In this document: one piece after another, positions 1 to 12,095 of the stretch | How positions within the stretch are numbered: position 1 is the stretch's first letter | Layout of the letters: every line of letters begins with the position of its first letter | DNA from: Octopus vulgaris | Taxonomy: Eukaryota | Reading direction: 5' to 3' | Assembly (NCBI GenBank): GCA_951406725.2 | Contig: OX597825.1 | Span: 25,172,001-25,236,000 of the forward strand | Length of the DNA stretch: 64,000 nucleotides | Notes under the pieces: generated by a model | Told to the model about the DNA's origin: nothing | Database searches by the model: none | Seen by the model: the letters and a program-made list of their open reading frames with translations, nothing else | Translations under genes and position numbers: made by a program

Positions 1-144
1 CAAGAACGCAAAACATCTGGACAGCTAGGTGATACAAAAAGGGACAAAACATCCAGATAGACGATACAAAGAAAACAAGGACGGGTCATTCGAAGCCCTC
101 TATCCTCAGTCAAGCACCAGATTATCATTGCAATTTCAACTGAT

Positions 145-146
<2 letters not shown>
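1..146 (-). mobile_element. Short repeat, probable PLE pLTR-derived fragment (same family as 31664-31802)
   Basis: Reverse complement TAATCAGTTGAAATTGCAATGATAATCTGGTGCTTGACTGAGGA...TTCGAATGACCCGTCC aligns with TAATCAGCCGAAATTACTACGATGATCCGGTTCTTGACTGAAGA...TTCGAATGTCCTGTCC at 31667; abuts (TA)n. Confidence 0.45.
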
Positions 147-175
<29 letters not shown>

Positions 176-1534
176 GTTATTTTTTTTTTTATAACATAAA
201 AGATTAGCTAGGATGATGTCTATATTACAATATTACAATAACCAATAATATGTTGTGCATGTATAGTAATATAACGATCATGAAATTAGCATTAGGTTAT
301 CTTACTCTTTCTCGCAGACCCTTAGGGTTCTGGGCACACCCTCACACGGTTGAGAAACACTGCCTTAGAGACTCACAGAGTTAGGTCAGTTTGCTTGTTT
401 TTCTTTGTCAGAATTTGATAAAGATATAGCAAGTGTGAAGGTGCCAATTGTCTCAATAGCCTAATAAAATGTAGCCAACAAAAACACAAAATACTTATGT
501 GTCAAGCGTTGCTGCTAAGAGAAGGAGAGAAAAAAAAAATCACTATATTTCAGTCAGGTAGCAGCCACTCCTGTTCTCCCTTTTGGATGTTATCAAGGCA
601 AACGGCCAAATAGATAAGCAATAATTTTCATTTCTATATGAAACAGCTTTTGATTAAGAGGAAACAACATACGCGTTTAGTTACTTTCCTTTGCAATGTT
701 TCTAGCGTCTATTTTATTTTTTTTTAAACATTCATCTGACAAAGGAAAAAAAATAAACCAGTAAAAAATGCCATGGAACAGATCAAAACAGACACAACAT
801 ACAATAACATTTCACTAATATCAATTCCTATACTTAAGTTAATTTCATGCAGCAAATGGGAATTATTAACACATATTTCACTTTGACATTCAACAGAAAC
901 TAAATTATCTACTGAAATAATTCTGAATATGTTGTGTGAAAAAAAAAAGCACAAGGGAGGGGGGAAAAAAATGAGACAGAAAGAAATCAATACAAGTCAA
1001 TTCCTGTTAAACTGATCGTATTGATCAACTTTATTTTAGCTTGTTTTTATATCTACTGATGAGTTTAAAACAAACCTAGCAAGTGAAGAGTAAGATTTTT
1101 TTTTCGTCTTTCTAGTCAGAAGGGAAACCAATAACCATGACACTTTACCAAGACCTCTGGGATGGAGGCCCCTGGGATGGACAATCCTACACAGTTTTAT
1201 TCAAGGTGTTTCCTCTAAGGGTGGGAAATGTTCATATGAAGAAAACATTTTTTATTAAATACATTTTAAAGATGTATAATTCTCCATTCTTCATTATTAT
1301 GTCTTGATAATATACTCTGTATTCTACATGAAATCCATTGAAGCAAACTCAGGATTTACTAATTGAAGAGAGTACAGTTTAATTGTTTATTCTAAACAAT
1401 TGAAAATATTTCTTATCATTCAACACGGTTAGCCAAGTCAGGATTTTATCAGAGCAATCATAAGATATTTGCCTAGATTTAAAATCCCTGTTCTTTTGCG
1501 TAATAATTCTGAACATGGATGATGAGTACATAGG

Positions 1535-1655
1535 TTGATGGATGGATAGATAGATAGACAGACAGATAGGCAGGAATATAGAGACAGACAGGCAGGTAGA
1601 TAGACAGGCAGATAGGCAGGTAGATAAATCGACAGACAGACAAATAGACAGGCAG
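1535..1655. repeat. Degenerate (GATA/GACA/GGCA)n microsatellite
   Basis: Tetranucleotide repeats visible directly. Confidence 0.9.
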
Positions 1656-2016
1656 ATGTATAAATATATGATGTTATGCATTTTGGTGAGGAGAGGTTAC
1701 TGAAGAGACAATAAACCCCAAACTCCAGTATGTGATGGTGACTTGTGTTACTACTGACCATTCCCCCACCCCATGGATATCTGAAATTTACTATAAGAGA
1801 AAAGACAAGAAATGACTACAAACCTTCATTGCTAGACAGTTGAGGGTTAAAATATACTCCTGGAATTGTTATTTATTGTTCATTAGTTGCCTGCAGAGGT
1901 CTCTCTCTATTCCACTGCATGGAAAGATTTTTTTCAGGAAATGACCAACAAACGATGTTTTACATTATGTCTGCTGCAAATTAAAAATAGAAAATTCAAT
2001 TAGTTTCACAAAGTAA

Positions 2017-2066
<50 letters not shown>

Positions 2067-2086
2067 GCAACAACACCAACAGAAGA

Positions 2087-2230
2087 ATAGAGGAAATAGG
2101 CATAAACCACAGTTTAGTACAGCTTCAGAAAACAGTGTTGTTAAGGGCAGCCAGGATACTTAGGTGGATTCTCGACATCTAAGGTTACTTGTAGCCCAGT
2201 AGCCCAATGTTAGGAATTTCTTTTCCAACA
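2087..2230 (+). mobile_element. 3' end of an R4/Dong-like non-LTR retrotransposon next to a (TAA)n tract
   Basis: 2087-2182 translates IEEIGINHSLVQLQKTVLLRAARILRWILDI*, resembling the LQKTALLGTARILRxVL terminus of R4/Dong ORFs; directly follows (TAA)n at 2020-2064. Confidence 0.6.
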
Positions 2231-2358
2231 GACTAATTTGTTGTGTCTATACAAATGATACTGATGATGATGATGATAATCCTTTCTATTAAAGGTACAA
2301 AGCTTGAATTTTTGGGAAGGGGACTAGTTGATTACATCAATCCCAGTATCAACTGGTG

Positions 2359-2677
2359 CTGGGATCTGGGAGCCGTTTTAAGTAGGCTGAGGGACATCTC
2401 ACTCCACCCTCAAAAATATAGCATCTGTTTCACCTTTATCTTCTGTGGTAGGATATATTTTGTGTTCTTTCGTAGGTCATCATTATCAAATATTTCGGTA
2501 GTAAATGTACTCCTTAGATCTGTCCTTGATAACAGGTACACAGTGCAAAGTAGGATCACATTACTGTTTTTGTGGGACATTCTGCTACAATACAAGATAA
2601 AGGTGAAATAAACACTAGATTTTTGAGGGTGGAGTGAGATGTTCTTCAACCTACTCAACACGGCTCCCAGATCCCAG
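2359..2677. mobile_element. MITE-like element with ~100-bp imperfect terminal inverted repeats
   Basis: CTGGGATCTGGGAGCCGTTTTAAGTAGGCTGAGGGACATCTCACTCCACCCTCAAAAAT... is the reverse complement of ...ATTTTTGAGGGTGGAGTGAGATGTTCTTCAACCTACTCAACACGGCTCCCAGATCCCAG. Confidence 0.7.
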
Positions 2678-3254
2678 TTTTGCCTCATAACTTATCCTAC
2701 TAGCTTGGATGTTAATGAGGAGAAGAAAATTGAACAATGCAGTCCTTCATACATGCACATACACAAGATGAGGTGGCCATGGCTAGAGCAGGCTTTATCA
2801 CAGGTTTGCTCACAATTCAATCCAGAAGTTTGGTGAGCAATGGTGTTGGGGACTGAACAATGTAGAACAATGTATGCATGCATACATACTCGGTTTCACA
2901 GAGCAAAGTGCAAAAGGAACTGACAGATATTCTCCAAATCCAATCTATAAGTGGCACAGTGAATACTTGTAAGACATTCCAAAAATTCTCTCTTTGAGAT
3001 TCTTATGTGAATAAATGCACACAAATGTCCAGTACATACATATATGTATGTGTGTGTGTGTGTGTGTATATACCACCACCTCCCTTTCTCTCCTTTCTTT
3101 TCCAACTGGGATGTCCATGTGTTTCCTCTACAGCAAGACATGTATCTCTATCACTCTACATTATTCTTTCTAATCTCTCATCAACAGGTACGAATCCCCT
3201 TCCCTCAATACTATATCTCCTCCCAGTCAAGAGATTTTTGCCTTGCAAGTTGCT

Positions 3255-3430
3255 GTGTGACGCCTGCCAGCACTTGTGCCACATAAAAACACCCAGCACA
3301 CTCTGTAAAGTGGTTGGTGTTAGGAAGGGCATCCAGTCATAAAAACCATGTCAATACAGGCAACACAACTTGGTCACACTCCTCTGGCTTGCCGGATTCT
3401 CTCCAAATGTCCAATAGATACATATATGTA

Positions 3431-3487
<57 letters not shown>

Positions 3488-3530
3488 CCCAACCTTTGCC
3501 AACATGGACAACGGATATTAAATGGTGATG
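3255..3530 (+). mobile_element. RTE-LINE 3'UTR fragment split by a microsatellite
   Basis: GGTTGGTGTTAGGAAGGGCATCCAG ... CCAACATGGACAACGGATATTAAATGGTGATG matches the RTE tail at 23265-23420. Confidence 0.6.
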
Positions 3531-4293
3531 ACATACATATATACAAACACGTACAAGCACACACACACACACCCTAATATTTCCAGGAATTACTAAGGCA
3601 ACGGTTCCCAACCTTTGGTCTGCAGACCCCTTGGTGGTCCACAAAGAAAGTACTGGTGATCCGTGAACTAAATTCAAAATTTCGTATACTGTATTTTAAC
3701 GTGCAAAAAGAACCCTGGCTGGATCAGATATCTCATACCTACCCTATAATGTCTTTTTAAAAATAAACACTCATATCATTGAAATCTCAATTTTTTTTAT
3801 CTCTTAAAATATTACACGTTTGTGATATTTCAAATGCAATATCGCCATTAAAACAACAGAAAAAGGTGGAAAAAGTTGTCAAGAAATAGCCATGGGAGTT
3901 GAACCCACATCCCCCAAGATACCAGCTGATTGCTTTACCATTAAGCTAAACTGTCCACTGACAATAACTACGCTGATTTTAATAGATAGCTTTCTGAAAT
4001 GTAACAACCCCCAGGAAAACATGGGATGAGATGGTGAAGCATGACCTTCAAATGTTGGGCCTTATAGAGGCAATGACAAGTGACCTAGACCTTAGGAGAT
4101 ATGCTGTGCTTGAGAAGACCCAGCAAACCAAGTGAGATCATGGCTGAAGACTGTTCCTGGCTGGTTGTAATGCCATAGTCTCTTGTTGACGTCTCTTCTT
4201 TTCTTTCCATTTCTCCTCTCTCTCTCTCTCTGTCACTCCTTTGTATTCCCTCTTTTACGGTACGTCGCCATTCTCCACGGTTGCCGGCAACTG

Positions 4294-4334
<41 letters not shown>

Positions 4335-4430
4335 TATAGAGGGTGCACAAGATATTTGAGGACAGATTTATGTTTATAAAAAAAACAGATATATAACAAC
4401 AGATAATAACTTTATTTATAAAAAAATGCT

Positions 4431-5420
4431 ATGAGGATAAAAATAAACTTTCTTTTCTATGTTATTCAATAAAGCCACCTTAAACTTCAACAAATGCTTC
4501 TATATGAGATCTAAATCATCTACATGGTCTGGGTTCATGTTGGACATTACTCTGACTATGGCAGCTTTCAAAGAATCTTTGGTGTTATGGGCATGTTCAA
4601 TGATTTCTCTCTCTCTCTCTCATAATAATCCAATGGACTGAGAACTGGGAAATTAAGATATCAAATGTTAGGGGTTATGTGATCATGAAAATTTTCAGCC
4701 ATCCATTGACACTGTCTATCCAGGACTTAACAACTGTTTCCAGGACCTCAATGTAGGTGGCAGAGTTAACTCTGAGGCCTTGTAGAAAGAAGTAAGGAGA
4801 CATCACATGTCCTTCATTGCTGACAAACCCTAAAACTATGACAGTTGCAGGAAATTTTGTATGCATAACACTTGGAACTTCAGAAGGGTCTGCACATGAC
4901 AATCTGTCATTTCTTCTGTTAACTTTTTGATCTTAGTTCAAGTTTTTCTCATTTGAGAAAAAGTAAATCAAATCTTCTGCTGGATTTTTCAGTTTTTTTA
5001 AGGGCCTTTTAGATCTGATGTAGTATGATTTTCTTTTGTTTTTTCTGACAAACTGACCTCTCCTCGTCATATAAAACTGATATCTGATGTCTTTGTGGAC
5101 AACATTGCTGACTGTTCCTTCTGACACATGGAGATCTTATGCAATTGACCTCTTGGACTTTCTGGGATTGTAATCAATGGTCTGTTGAACTTACTGGATA
5201 AATTCGAGTTTTCTGATGATTTCAGAGCGTTTAAAATGCTTTTCATGCTTTGATAATGGTGATACGTTTCCATTTTCAGTATCTAGCTCCTTACAAACTT
5301 TGTAGACGAAAGAACTGACAACTTTTAAAAATCGAGATATTTCCAAATCACTATGCTCAGTCTTTGTAACCACAATAACAACATGCCTCTTCGTTTCTTG
5401 ATGAAGAAGCATATTGTTAA
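4431..5420 (-). mobile_element. Degenerate Tc1/mariner-superfamily (maT/DD37D-like) transposase
   Basis: Frameshifted pieces: N-terminal HTH-like segment (5191-5412), YFFSNEKN, TKFPATVIVLGFVSNEG, and a degenerate NSPDLNPLDYY motif near 4622-4660. Confidence 0.7.
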
Positions 5421-5435
5421 TGAAGGGGCATGTAG

Positions 5436-5621
5436 TTAATGAAGACCGTCATTGAGAAAGATCCACATAAAACCACTCGAGAACTGGAAAAAGAACTTCA
5501 ACTTAGCCAGAAAACTGCCTGCAACCATTTGCATGTGATAAGAAAAGCAAAAAAGCTTCACAAATGGGTACCACACGATTTGAATGAAAATCAGAAAAAG
5601 CACAGATATGAAATTTATTGA
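5436..5621 (+). mobile_element. mariner transposase fragment
   Basis: KTTRELEKELQLSQKTACNHLH...KWVPHDLNENQK (WVPHEL-type motif). Confidence 0.8.
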
Positions 5622-5687
5622 TAGTTATTAAAGTCTAAAACTTCAGTTGCCTCAATTTCAGGACACTGCGCGCGTGCGTGTGTGTGT

Positions 5688-5833
5688 CTGCCATAGTGAG
5701 AGTAATGTCCAAAATGAACCAGGACCACTTGATTTGAGCATGTAGATGATTCAGATCTCATATAGAAGCAGTTGTTGAAGTTTAAGGTGGCTTTATTGAA
5801 TAACAGAAAAGAAAGTTTATTTTTATCCTCATA
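5688..5833 (+). mobile_element. Inverted second copy of the 3' end of the 4431-5420 transposon
   Basis: Reverse complement of ~4431-4565 (GAGGATAAAAATAAACTTTCTTTTC...TTATTCAATAAAGCCACCTTAAACTTCAAC). Confidence 0.7.
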
Positions 5834-5856
5834 CATATACACACACATATATGTAA

Positions 5857-5900
<44 letters not shown>

Positions 5901-6539
5901 TGTTGGACCGTTGAACTCTGCACATTTTTTTCTCTCTACATTTTTTTTTCTTCTTAATCATTTCTGTCAAAGAACATAGACTCGAAACGTAAGACTTTTC
6001 TATTCTTCTCGAGTGTTAAAATAATACACCGGTTTGTTGCTCCTACACCTGTCTTCATCTTTTTTTTTCCTATATGTATATATATATACACACACACAAC
6101 GTGCTTCCACAGAGTCTCCATAGACCAAATTCATTCATAAGGTACTGGTTGGCCCCCATGGCTATCATTAGAAGACCCTTGCCTAAGTTATCTCATGGTT
6201 AGACTGAACTTGAAACCATGTAGTTGCAAAGTGAATTTCTTAAGCACAGAGCCACTCCTGAAGAGGAAAAGAAACCTCACTCGTTTTCAGACTTGTTCTT
6301 GGAATACTAGCAACAGTGGGAAGTCAAGTGGCAGCATTAAACCAGGTGGAGGACTAAGATTAAGAAATTGCGCTACTGTTGATAAAGTACATGACTAGAA
6401 AAAAGGGCAGTTAACCTAGTTTACTGCTTTCCTTTTGTGGTAATGGAATTGTGTTGTCCCTTATAATGAAGGAACTACTTCACAAACATCTTTATAGTTT
6501 GTTGTGGTTCAGAACACATCTTGTGTGTGTATGCGTAAG

Positions 6540-6658
6540 TTGCAGGTGTGGCTTTGCGGAGGAAGTTTGCTTCCCGGGGCAAATGTCTTCTACTATAGCC
6601 TCCGGCCAACCAAAGTCTTGTGAGTGGATTTGGTAGAAGGAAGCTGAAGAAGACCGTC

Positions 6659-6721
<63 letters not shown>

Positions 6722-6955
6722 ATATATATATATATATATATGTATGTATGTGTGTGTGTTTGTTTTTGTGTGTTTGTCATCCCAACATCACTTGACAACC
6801 AATGCTGGTGTGTTTATGTACTCATAACTTAGCAGTTCAACAAAAGAGACCAATAGAATAAGTACTAGGCTTACAAAGAATAAGTCCTGGGGTCAATCTG
6901 CTCGACTAAAGTCAGTGCTCCAACATGGCCACAGTCAAATGACTGAAACAAGTAA
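6540..6955 (+). mobile_element. SINE family A (tRNA-derived, internal microsatellite), diverged copy
   Basis: CTTCTACTATAGCCTC...GTGAGTGGATTTGGTAG...(TA)n...GAATAAGTACTAGGCTTACAAAGAATAAG...CAGTCAAATGACTGAAACAAG. Confidence 0.85.
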
Positions 6956-7074
6956 TATATATATATGTATACACACACACACACACACACACACATAAAT
7001 ATATATATATATATAAAATATATTTGGGAAAACGGATGTTAAATGGTGATGGTGACATATATATTCTTTCAGGG

Positions 7075-7490
7075 TATCCAGCTGTAGAAACACTGCCAGA
7101 TCAAACTGGAGCCTGGTGCAGCCTCCTGGCTTCCCAGACCCCAGTCGAACTGTCCAACCCATGCTAGCATGGAAAGAGGACGTTAAACAACGACGATGAT
7201 GATATATATATATGCATACGACATCATCATTTTTATTATTATTATTACAAAAGGTAGTGAGCTAGCAGTCATGACAAATACCAGTGTCATGCAAATGGCA
7301 CTTATGCCAGTGGCACATAAAAGCACCCATTATACTCTCGGAGTGGTCGGCATTAGAAAGGGCATCCAGCTGTAGAAACCATGCCAAATCAGACTGGAGT
7401 CTGGTGCAGCTTTCCACTTTACCAGGCCTGGTCAAACCATCCAACCCATGCCAACATGGACAACGAACGCTAAATGATGATGATGATGAA
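7075..7490 (+). mobile_element. Two RTE-LINE 3'-end fragments ending in (GAT)n
   Basis: CATCCAGCTGTAGAAAC...CCAACCCATGC...GTTAAAC/GCTAAATGATGATG at 7075-7203 and 7285-7490. Confidence 0.75.
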
Positions 7491-7957
7491 TGATTTCTTT
7501 TCAAACAGATTTTTACTAGTCTGAATATGTTTACATAAATATGAAAAACTGACACCGTGATGTGATAAATATGAAAAACTATGACAGTTTGATGCCAGAC
7601 ATAATTCAATTTCCACAGTGATTTTTGAAAGTGACAAAACATTCTTCCAGGTATCAAAACATTTATATCATGAGGTCAGCAAGTTTTTCAATAACTTTGA
7701 TTTTCATTTAAAACTTTTGTTAAAACTTAAATAGGTTTTGCTACATACAAAAAAAAGTTAATAACATTAGGCAGACTAAATTCAATGCATAAAAGTATTA
7801 AATCTTTTGTATTTAGCAAAACATGTTGTATTCCATCTTAAATGCAGGAGTTGTCAGAAAGGTGTGTAAACATATTGTGTGTACAGGAGTGGCTTCCCAA
7901 CCACATGGTTCCAGGTTTAGTCCCAGGTTTAGTGGCACCTTGGGCCAGTGTTTTCTA

Positions 7958-8372
7958 ATAGGCGCAGGAGTGGCTGTGTGGTAAGTAGTTTGCTTACCAA
8001 CCACATGGTTCCGGGTTCATTCCCACTGCGTGGCACCTTGGGCAACTGTCTTCTACTATAGCCTCGGGCCTACCAAAGCCTTGTGAGTGGATTTGGTAGA
8101 CGGAAACTGAAAGAAGCCTGTTGTATATATGTATATATATATATGTATGTGTGTATATGTTTGTGTGTCTGTGTTTATCCCCCCACCATTGCTTGACAAC
8201 CGATGGTGGTGTGTTTTCGTCCCCGCAACTTAGCGGTTCAGCAAAAGAGACTGATAGAATAAGTACTAGGCTTACAAAGAATAAGTCCTGGGGTCAATTT
8301 ACTCAACTAAAAGGCGGTGCTCCAGCATGGCCGCAGTCAAATGACTGAAACAAGTAAAAGAGTAAAGAGAGT
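7958..8372 (+). mobile_element. SINE family A, full length (followed by a partial 3' half, 8375-8572)
   Basis: Head AGGCGCAGGAGTGGCTGTGTGGTAAG (A box) ... GGTTCATTCCC (B box), CORE-like CACCTTGGGCAA, tail stem-loop CAGTC-AAAT-GACTG. Confidence 0.9.
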
Positions 8373-8835
8373 ATATGTGTGTGTATTTGTGTCTGTGCTT
8401 GTCCCCACCCCATCACTTAACAACCAATGTTGCTGTGCAGTCCCTGTAACTTAGCAGTCCAGCACAAGAGACCAATACAAAGAATGAGTCCTGTGGTTGA
8501 TTTCTTTGATTAAAACCCTTTAAGATGGTGCACCAGCATGGCAACAGTCAAATGACTGAAACATGTAAAAGAATATGTAAGTGAATGTATGTGTGTGCGT
8601 GTGTGTGTGTTCCTAAAACTTCCCCCACTCTCCCTTCACACCCTCGCAAACCTACCTGCACATAATGTGTTTCTGTTAAATCTCTTCCCCACGACATATC
8701 CTATGTAAGGAATCATTATTATCAAAGGTGAAAGGAAGTGGAATAGCAATAGCTAAATTAACAGCAATGCAGCATTGAACCTGGCTCTCCACAATTGGCA
8801 GTAAACAATGTGTGCAACGGGAGTCTTAAAGATTT

Positions 8836-9140
8836 TGTGTTTTGTTCCTTCTCGGGCCATACCTGGCTCATAACAGCCAGTTTCCTGGTTTCCTTGGTGT
8901 ATAGGTTCCCCACCTGGACGGGACGCTGATCCGTCACAGGTGAGCTGCTAGATGCAGGAGGAAAGATTGAGAGTAAGTTGTGGTGAAAGAGTCAGCAGAA
9001 GTTTCGCCATTACCTTCTGCCGGAGCCGCGTGGAGCTTAGGTGTTTCGCTCATAAACACACACATCGCCTGGTCTGAGATTCGAACCCGCGATCCCTCGT
9101 CTACGAGTCTGCTGCTCTAACCACTAGGCCATGTGCCTCA
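8836..9140 (-). mobile_element. SINE family D (tRNA-Arg-like head)
   Basis: Minus strand begins GAGGCACATGGCCTAGTGGTTAGAGCAGCAGACTCG...GGTTCGAATCTC; highly similar to 45705-46012. Confidence 0.85.
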
Positions 9141-9914
9141 GCAGTCTTCAAGATTGGCCATAAAGAAATACTGTATGCAATTTGGGTCCCATAACTGAAT
9201 GTAATTTGAGTCTTCAAAATTGACCATAAATAAACATATATAGCTTGGGTCTCCCTGACTGACCATAAATAAATGCTGTATGCAATTTAGCTACGATTGG
9301 CCACAAATGTTGTACATAATTTGGTGTGTATCTTTGTTCAGTGTTTGTCTGGAATTAAATGGTTTAATTTAGCTTAAGATCAATTTTGATCCAAATGAAT
9401 GAAATCAACAATGAAAGGCATTACATCTATGGCTGTCATGTTCTCCCTGGCATAAAATCAAGGCTCCTAAATTATCTTATCTGTACTTTTTTGTTTAAGA
9501 TGTCAGGTAACGAGATTTTGTCATGATAAATAACAAATTGTCTAAATATTTCCAAGTTGCTTTGTTGACTCCATTCAACTAACGTGTAAGTGGAGTGGGA
9601 GGAAAAGAAAGGTCAGTTTGAGTGGATAGAGTAGTGATAGAAAAATGTAAATATGATACCATAAAAACCCATATAATTTATGCTCTTTTTTCACAAAAAT
9701 AAAAAACTTTAGGAGGAGCATAAATTACATGAGTAGAGAGTTTCCAGAATTTTCTTTAGAAATTTTTTTTGTTGAAAAATGACATACAAATGTAAACATT
9801 TGCACAGGAAGTTAACTCATTTAATGTCAGAATAGGTTTTTACAGAAAATAAATTATGAAGTTGACTTTTATTTATGCTGGTTGCTATAATGCTTACTTT
9901 TTTTGTCTACTCTC

Positions 9915-10275
9915 TATACTCTTATACTTGTTTCAGTCATTTTGACTGCGGCCATGCTGGAGCACCGCCTTTAGTCGAGCAAATCGACCCCGGGACTTAT
10001 TCTTTGTAAGCCCAGTACTTATTCTATCGGTCTCTTTTGCCGAACCGCTAAGTGATGGGGACGTAAACACACCAGCATCGGTTGTCAAGCAATGCTAGAC
10101 GGACAAACACAGATGCACAAACATATAGACATACATACATATATACGACAGGCTTCTTTCAGTTTCCATCTACCAAATCCTCTCACAAGGCTTTGGTCGG
10201 CCCGAGGCTATAGCAGAAGACACTTGCCCAAGATGCTACGCAGTGGGACTGAACCCAGAACCATGTGGTTGGTTT
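9915..10275 (-). mobile_element. SINE family A, 5'-truncated
   Basis: Reverse complement of family A body and tail. Confidence 0.9.
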
Positions 10276-10957
10276 ACTAAAACCATTAAATGGTCAACTA
10301 CTTCTTGAAGTTTGATGTTCATGCTGGTAATCATGATCCAGGCCATATTTTACATTGCTTGGAGTTTCTACTTATCATAATGGACCCTAGCGACAAGTAA
10401 ATTCAGCCTAGCCTAGAGGCAAGTAAGTTGAAAAACAACTAAAGTGTCTCCTGGAACCAATTAACAACGTAGGTAATTCTAGGTATTTGAAGATGGTCAC
10501 TAAACAGAAAGGCTATAGGTAAGGATTATAAATTGATACATGAAATGAGTCGTCAAAGAAATAACAGGATTCTGTTTGTAATAAGAGGGGGAAAAAAAAG
10601 ACTAAAATGTCACCAAGTGCCTTTCATTTGAGAATGTGTAAAAGAAATACTTGTGGAGAGTTATGCAACTAAATGTAAAATGAAACTGCTACTCAAGAGC
10701 TTGGATGGGAAGTTCTACTGCATCAACCATTATCTTCCTGATATAGCATTTTCAGATTATCAGCTTTCTTGGTCACTTTCCAATAGTCTGAGAGGTACTT
10801 TCATACAACACCATGGAACTGAAAACATGACTTGATGAATCCTTCACACCAAGACCAGGCGATTTCCACCATCAAAGCATTGACAAGTTAGTGGAATGTT
10901 GACAAGAAGTTATGAACAATGAAGGAGAATATATTATTGACTGATTTAAGATTTTTG

Positions 10958-11325
10958 ATGGAGTGGCTGTGTAGTAAGTAGCTTGCTTACGAACCACATG
11001 GTTCCAGGTTCAGTCCCACTGCATGGCACCTTGGGCAAGTGTCTTCTACTATAGCCTCGGGCTGACCAAAGCCTTGTGAGTGGATTTGGTAGATGGAAAC
11101 TGAAAGAAGCCCATCGTATATATGTGTGTATGTTTGTCCTCCCCCAACATCGCTTGACAACCGATGCTGGTGTGTTTACGTCCCCGTAACTTAGCAGTTT
11201 GGCAAAAGAGACCGATAGAATAAGTACTAGGCTTACAAAGAATAAGTCCTGGTGTCGATTTGCTCGACTAAAGGCGGTGCTCCAGCACGGCCACAGTCAA
11301 ATGATTGAAACAAGTAAAAGAGAGT
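10958..11325 (+). mobile_element. SINE family A
   Basis: Head, body and tail all match other copies. Confidence 0.9.
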
Positions 11326-11396
11326 ATTAAAATAAATGGAAAAAAGAAAAATGAACAAATTAATCTAGCAACCCAATGTTTATTTTCCATTTATGA

Positions 11397-11784
11397 CTAA
11401 CAGTATCGCCCGGCGTTGCTTGGGTTTGTAAGGGAAATAATTATATAAGCATTTTTAGAGATGTAAAATATAATAGCCATTTCAATATAGCTAACCACAA
11501 AGGGGGGGGGGTGTTACTGTAGCTTTTTACGTTCAGAGATTTAATAATAAATTTTTAGAGAGTTACTTCCCTTATATATGCCAAAAATGCATTAAAAATG
11601 GGAAAAATTGATGATAAATTTTTTTTTAAATCATAGACGCGCGCTAATACCCAGAAGGGCTCGATATGAATCACAACTATAAGATACCCGGTTTTGGTTA
11701 AACTGCACCGCAAAATGTGGGAGTAGTTAGGAATCTAAACCGTAGGAGACAGACAGCACACAACCTCACTTTTATATATAAAGA
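11397..11784 (-). mobile_element. Non-autonomous Helitron
   Basis: Minus strand starts TCTTTATATATAAAAG and ends with GC hairpin CCCAAGCAACGCCGGG plus TTAG (CTAG in sister copies), inserted between A and T; family members at 42680 and 56118. Confidence 0.75.
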
Positions 11785-11880
11785 TTTCATTTTTCCCATG
11801 CAATTGTAATAGACAGTGATTTATCTTCAGAATTAATATTACAACTGCTGTACTAATGTTGGCTTTAGAAGTGTACCTTC

Positions 11881-12095
11881 TATGAGGAAATGCTGAAAAG
11901 TTCTTGGCTTTAAGGGTATCACAAAAGGCCTGGCTCGCGGTCCAACTTTCCAAGTTCTTTTACAGGGCTTACGAAAGCTGAAGGACCGCTGCAATGAGTG
12001 CGTGAAGGGGTACATGTTGAATAAAATCATAATTAACTCATCGTCCTATATTTTCTTTAACCCTAAAACCAGGAACTTTTCAGTATCCCCTGCTA
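11881..12095. mobile_element. mariner-type MITE
   Basis: Imperfect TIRs TATGAGGAAATGCTGAAAAGTTCTTGGCTTTAAGGGT / ACCCTAAAACCAGGAACTTTTCAGTATCCCCTGCTA with TA ends. Confidence 0.65.

Noticed and set aside
5960-5998. Hammerhead-like CTCGAAACGTAAGAC
   Set aside because: The CUGANGA box is not recognisable; at best a decayed relic
8121-8348. Recurrent ORFs such as RQASFSFRLPNPLTRLWSARGYSRRHLPK and WLASYLPHSHS
   Set aside because: Spurious frames across multicopy SINE family A
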